In this document: positions 59,954 through 64,000 of the stretch, one piece after another
Numbering within the stretch: position 1 is the stretch's first letter
Layout of the letters: every line of letters begins with the position of its first letter
Assembly: GCA_963716175.1 (NCBI GenBank)
Contig: OY970296.1
Span: forward strand, 5,591 to 69,590
Length of the DNA stretch: 64,000 nucleotides
Reading direction: 5' to 3'
Source of the DNA: an uncultured Armatimonadetes bacterium
Lineage (GTDB): Bacteria; Armatimonadota; Hebobacteria; Hebobacterales; Hebobacteraceae
The notes under the pieces: generated by a model
Database searches by the model: none
Told to the model about the DNA's origin: nothing
Seen by the model: the letters and a program-made list of their open reading frames with translations, nothing else
Translations under genes and position numbers: made by a program

Positions 59954-60037
59954 AAACCACAGGCGGAGCGCCGTGCGGCGCTCCGCCCGCTCAACTGCAG
60001 ACCCGTTGCCTGGCCTCCAGCGAGAGGCCTGGCGGGC

Positions 60038-61137
60038 CTAGTAAAGCACGCCAACGTCCGGGTAGCAGTAATTCGGAGCCAGTCCGCCCGTGTCAGCGGA
60101 GCTCGTGGGTCCCATGATACTGACCCCCTGGATACCCCTGTTGACGAGTGATCCCCCGAAGCAACCGCAGCTATAGCGCGGCGATTGAGCAAGGATACTC
60201 TCGCTGCTAAACCAGGAAGCGTGGCCGTCGAGGAATCCCACGTTGCTGCCGCCCAGGTGGCGAGCCCGGTCCTTGCGATTCTGCGGGTCCCTAATCATAT
60301 CGAACTGCTTCCCACAGGTCTGGGTCCAGCTGCAGTTCGACCAGTCGGCCTGCCAGCAAGGGCAAGCCAGGGCACAGAGGTCAGGATAGGCCAGCGACGC
60401 AGCGGAGATCAGCCCCGGGTTGGCGCCACCATCGGCCACGACAACAAACCAGGAGCTGTCACCAACCGCCGACGTCTTCAGTTCGGCCCCCCCTTTCCTG
60501 CCCACGAGGGGCCGTTGACCGCCATGTTCTGGACAAAGGCGCCGGTCTGCACACCGCCCTCGGCCCTGGTCGCACCATATTCCTGCTGGATGATCGAGTC
60601 GGTCACACTTCCACCCCAGCCGGAAGGCCACGATGTCATGCAGGGCCCGACGGGGCTGCTGTACCCCCACTGCCCTTCCGTGGCCTTCAGATACCCGAGC
60701 CAGTCCGGGAAGCGGATGATGAATGTAGCGCCATGGTCCGTGCGCGAGCTGGGGCATCGCCAGACATCGCGGTTCTTGATATACTCGTCCAAGACCACGG
60801 GCCAGCGCAGGTAGGGGTTGGCGTCCTCGAAGTCTCCCGTGTAGATGATCTCGCAGTCCTCGCCACCTGTTCCGCCCGCAGGGCCTCCGCCAGGCGCCGC
60901 GTCGAAGTAGTCGAATACGTCTGTGCGATGCTCGAGAGGCGGCAGCCGGTCGTAGTCCGTGAGGTACATCTGCACCGCCATGGCGATGTTCTTCACGTTC
61001 GAGAGGCACTGAATCTTGCGAGCCGATTCGCACGCTCGCGCGAACACAGGAAACAGCATGGCCGCGAGGATCGCTATGATCGCGATCACCACTAGCAGCT
61101 CGATCAAGGTGAAGCCCTTCTCGCCTCCTCGTCTCAT
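60038..61137 (-). CDS. DUF1559 (H-X9-DG) prepilin-type N-terminal domain protein, with a frameshift in a C7 run near 60487-60493
   Basis: The N-terminus reads MRRGGEKGFTLIELLVVIAIIAILAAMLFPVFARA...QCLSNVKNIAMAVQMY. The H-X9-DG motif HLGGSNVGFLDGH sits in the downstream frame (ORF 60038-61267). Confidence 0.65.
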
Positions 61138-61540
61138 TGCGAACCTCCGGTGCCAAATGCAGAGTCTCTAACGAAGCTTTTCGCCATGATAGACCAGAAC
61201 TCACGTGGCCGCGCCACCGCGGCCTCGAGCGAGTTCTGATCCATCTGAGATGCGCCGAGGTGAGCACCCAAAGATGGGACGACCCACTGCTCTCCTCACC
61301 ACCTCCTTACCGCCGGACATGCTGTGCTCGGCGTTCCCGCCTTCCCTACAGCACGCCGCCTTCCACCCCGTCGCCCCTACCTAGGGCTTGGCTGGACCTC
61401 CGATCCGGCTGGTGCGACCTCGCCCGAACCCTTCAGCCATGAGCCAAAGCCGATAGACGGCTCTGCAGCACATGGACCGACAGCGCATGCGTCACAAGCT
61501 GTCCCTCAACCTTGACGTTCAGGCCGGGTGGCGCTAGTAT

Positions 61541-61554
61541 GATAACGATTTCAT
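61541..61554. promoter_or_regulatory. LacI/cre-type operator candidate (reverse complement TGAAATCGTTATCA)
   Basis: Perfect match to TGWAANCGNTNWCA on the minus strand. The site is about 300 nt upstream of the GH4 gene. Confidence 0.45.
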
Positions 61555-61848
61555 ACCGGGTCGTCAAGGGGGTCGTACGGATCTGGGCGGGGATGGCGCT
61601 GAGTTGCGAGACGGGGAGCTCGGGGCTGTCCCTGGGAGGCGGGTCGCTACCTGCCGCAGGAGGACCATCCCGGTGACCACGAGGGAACAGGTGGGCGACT
61701 GTGGCAGGGCTGCGGGGGAGAGCGCGTCGAACTGGGCGAGGGACCTGATCGCCAGATCGTGGCTGCGTCAGTTGCCTCGGCGAGACCTCCACCGCGCTCT
61801 TGCTGGGCGAGAAGTCTCGTTGAGTTCTACACGAAAGGAGCGGGAGCG

Positions 61849-63273
61849 ATGAAAGTCGCGGTGATCGGTGCAGGGAGCATTGTGTTTGCGAAGACGCTGC
61901 TCAACGACATGCTGGCGACGCCGGCCCTATCGGGGGGCGAGTACGCACTGATGAGCCGGACCGAGCCAAAGCTTCGGCGGATGGAGGCCTTCGCCCAGCG
62001 CATGGTCAACGAGAACGGGTTGTCTGCCAAAGTCTGGGCGACGCTGGATCGGCGGGAGGCGATCCAGGACGCCGACTACGTGATCTGCATGATCCAGGTG
62101 GGGGGGATTGATGCGTTCAAACTGGACTACGAGATCCCGCTGAAGTACGGGGTTGACCAGTGCATCGGCGACAGCCTGGGGCCGGGCGGCGTGATGCGGG
62201 CGGCGCGGTCTGTCCCGGTGCTGGTCGAGATGGCGAAGGACATTGACGAGGTGGCCAAGCCGGGCGCCATCTTGCTGAACTACACCAACCCCATGGGGAT
62301 CTGCTGCTATGCACTGGGTCGGTGGTCCAACGTCTCCTACATCGGGCTGTGTCATGGCGTGCAGACCACTCTCGATCTGATCTCCGGATACGTCGGGGTG
62401 CCGAAAGCCGAGATTGATTTCACGTGCGCCGGCATTAACCATATGGCCTGGTTCCTGAAGATAGAGCATAGAGGCAGGGACCTCTACCCGTTGTTCAAAG
62501 CGAACTGCGAGAGGCCTGAGTACTACGTCAACGAGAAGGTCCGCATTGAGGTGATGCGACACTTCGGCTACTTCATGACCGAGAGCACCGGCCATCTGTC
62601 CGAGTATGTCCCGTGGTTCCGCAGCAGCGAACGCGCGGTCAAGGAATTCTGCGACCAGCCGGCCTTCGGTGGGGAGTCCGGGGCCTACTATAGGTGGGGC
62701 GCGGCGGTGGCGGAGAAGTACGCCCGGGTTGACCCGCTTGAGTTCGAGTCGCCCAAGCTTCAGCCGCGCAGTGCCGAGTACTGCTCCTACGTGTTGGAGG
62801 CGAAGCAGACGGGCGTGCCGTTCAAGCTCCAGGGGAACGTCAAGAACGAGGGCTGCATCACGAACCTGCCGCCCGGTTCCTGCGTCGAGGTGCCGGTCTA
62901 TGTGGACAAGCAGGGCCTGCACCCGCTGCGGGTCGGGGATCTGCCTCCCCAGTGCGCCGCCCTGAACCAGAGCAACGTGACTGTGCAGGGCCTGGCCGGT
63001 GAGGGGGCAATGGCGGGCGATCCTGAGCTGGTGATGCCGGCGATGGCGATGGACCCGTTGACATCGGCCTGCTGCACGTTGCGCGAGGTGCGCGAGATGG
63101 CGGGCGAGATGATCGAGGCCGAGAAGCAGTGGCTACCGCAGTTTGCGGGCAAGAAGCTCCGGCCCACTCCGAGTATCCGCGTCCCCGCCGGCGTGAAGCC
63201 GGCCGAAGTCCCGCTGGATCCCGCGCTGGCCATCGGCAAGCGGTTCATGACGCTGATTCAGCAGAAGACGTGA
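61849..63273 (+). CDS. glycoside hydrolase family 4 (NAD+/Mn2+-dependent alpha-glucosidase/alpha-galactosidase-like)
   Basis: MKVAVIGAGSIVFAKTLL is the Rossmann N-terminus. GH4 motifs include ...NYTNPMGICCYAL...GLCHGVQTT... An AAAGGAG RBS precedes the start. Confidence 0.8.
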   Translation: MKVAVIGAGSIVFAKTLLNDMLATPALSGGEYALMSRTEPKLRRMEAFAQRMVNENGLSAKVWATLDRREAIQDADYVICMIQVGGIDAFKLDYEIPLKYGVDQCIGDSLGPGGVMRAARSVPVLVEMAKDIDEVAKPGAILLNYTNPMGICCYALGRWSNVSYIGLCHGVQTTLDLISGYVGVPKAEIDFTCAGINHMAWFLKIEHRGRDLYPLFKANCERPEYYVNEKVRIEVMRHFGYFMTESTGHLSEYVPWFRSSERAVKEFCDQPAFGGESGAYYRWGAAVAEKYARVDPLEFESPKLQPRSAEYCSYVLEAKQTGVPFKLQGNVKNEGCITNLPPGSCVEVPVYVDKQGLHPLRVGDLPPQCAALNQSNVTVQGLAGEGAMAGDPELVMPAMAMDPLTSACCTLREVREMAGEMIEAEKQWLPQFAGKKLRPTPSIRVPAGVKPAEVPLDPALAIGKRFMTLIQQKT

Positions 63274-63334
63274 GACGCTGAGCCGGTCCCGGCGGAGCCC
63301 TTTTGGGCGCTGACGGAGAGAAGGAGAAGATGCT

Positions 63335-63999
63335 GTGAGGCGCTCTGAGATCAACCGCTTGATGGATGAGTCGCTCGCGTTCGCGAAGTCACACGGTTTC
63401 CTGGTGCCGCCGTTCGCCGTCTGGTCGCCAGCGGAATGGCGAACGAAGGGACCCGAAGCGGATGAGATCCGAGACTGCATGCTGGGTTGGGACTTGACGG
63501 ATTTCGGCTCGGGCGATTTCCACAGGGTCGGCCTCATAATGTTCACGATGCGCAACGGTCACCTCACAGACCCACGATACACCAAGCCGTATTGCGAGAA
63601 GATGCTGATCAGCGAGGAGCAGCAGGTGACACCCTTGCACTTCCACTGGAGCAAGAGCGAGGACATCATCAACCGGGGCGGCGGCGATCTCGCGGTGCAG
63701 CTCTACAGTTCGACGCCGGAGGAGGAGCTGGACGAACGCGACATTGCGGTCTCGGTGGACGGGTTGGTCCGTACTGTTCAGGCGGGCGGCATTATCATGC
63801 TGTCGCCTGGCGAGAGCATCTTCCTGCCCCATGGGCTGTACCACCAGTTCTGGGGCGAGAAAGGCAAAGTGTTGATAGGGGAGGTCTCCTCTATCAACGA
63901 TGACAGAACCGACAACCGATTCCATCCGAAGGTGGGACGCTTCCCGGCGATTGAGGAGGATGAGCAGCCTAGGTATCCGCTGTTCTCGGAGTACCCGAG
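63335..63999 (+). CDS. cupin-fold sugar isomerase, D-lyxose/D-mannose isomerase-like (partial, runs off the window end)
   Basis: GTG at 63335 follows an AAGGAG RBS. The N-terminus VRRSEINRLMDESLAFAKSHGFLVPPFAVWSPAEW resembles Lyx_isomer family starts. The assignment is from memory of the family. Confidence 0.4.
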   Translation, partial: MRRSEINRLMDESLAFAKSHGFLVPPFAVWSPAEWRTKGPEADEIRDCMLGWDLTDFGSGDFHRVGLIMFTMRNGHLTDPRYTKPYCEKMLISEEQQVTPLHFHWSKSEDIINRGGGDLAVQLYSSTPEEELDERDIAVSVDGLVRTVQAGGIIMLSPGESIFLPHGLYHQFWGEKGKVLIGEVSSINDDRTDNRFHPKVGRFPAIEEDEQPRYPLFSEYP

Positions 64000-64000
64000 G

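Noticed and set aside
1-63999. tRNA, rRNA or tmRNA genes
   Set aside because: No T-loop-like GGTTCGAATCC/GTTCGA motifs or rRNA-like conserved stretches were noticed in intergenic regions. A proper tRNAscan/Infernal run is needed to exclude small RNAs.

Overview
This window is a 64 kb, high-GC (about 65%) bacterial chromosomal segment. DUF1559-type prepilin proteins and an SLH-anchored giant protein suggest an Armatimonadota- or Planctomycetota-like lineage, but the lineage cannot be fixed from sequence alone. Nothing in the window resembles a known defence system. The most interesting candidate for an undescribed system is the secretion cassette at 101-3532, which pairs two paralogous secreted proteins with a standalone C39-like peptidase and an outer-membrane barrel. 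A complete Tad/Flp pilus locus occupies 7.5-19.6 kb on the minus strand, running flp, cpaA, tadE, cpaB, cpaC, cpaE, cpaF, tadB, tadC, with a vWA-containing TadG-like gene and an embedded LuxR-type response regulator. An accessory region at 24.3-30.9 kb is bracketed by two inverted, diverged IS-remnant copies. It holds two Gfo/Idh/MocA oxidoreductases, a sulfotransferase, a sulfatase-like enzyme and a sugar-phosphate isomerase. A 5.5 kb SLH-anchored giant protein follows, carrying seven near-identical 303-bp tandem repeats. Next come an IS110 element surrounded by gene fragments, then two paralogous loci in which a large polytopic membrane protein is divergently paired with a secreted glycoside-hydrolase-like protein. 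A LacI-regulated sugar-utilisation region (alcohol dehydrogenase, GH4, cupin isomerase) closes the window and carries four predicted cre/LacI-type operators. Several short repeat families recur, and at least six otherwise intact genes contain frameshifts, some in homopolymer runs, so assembly indel errors are likely. No rRNA, tRNA or CRISPR was found, but tRNAs cannot be excluded by eye.
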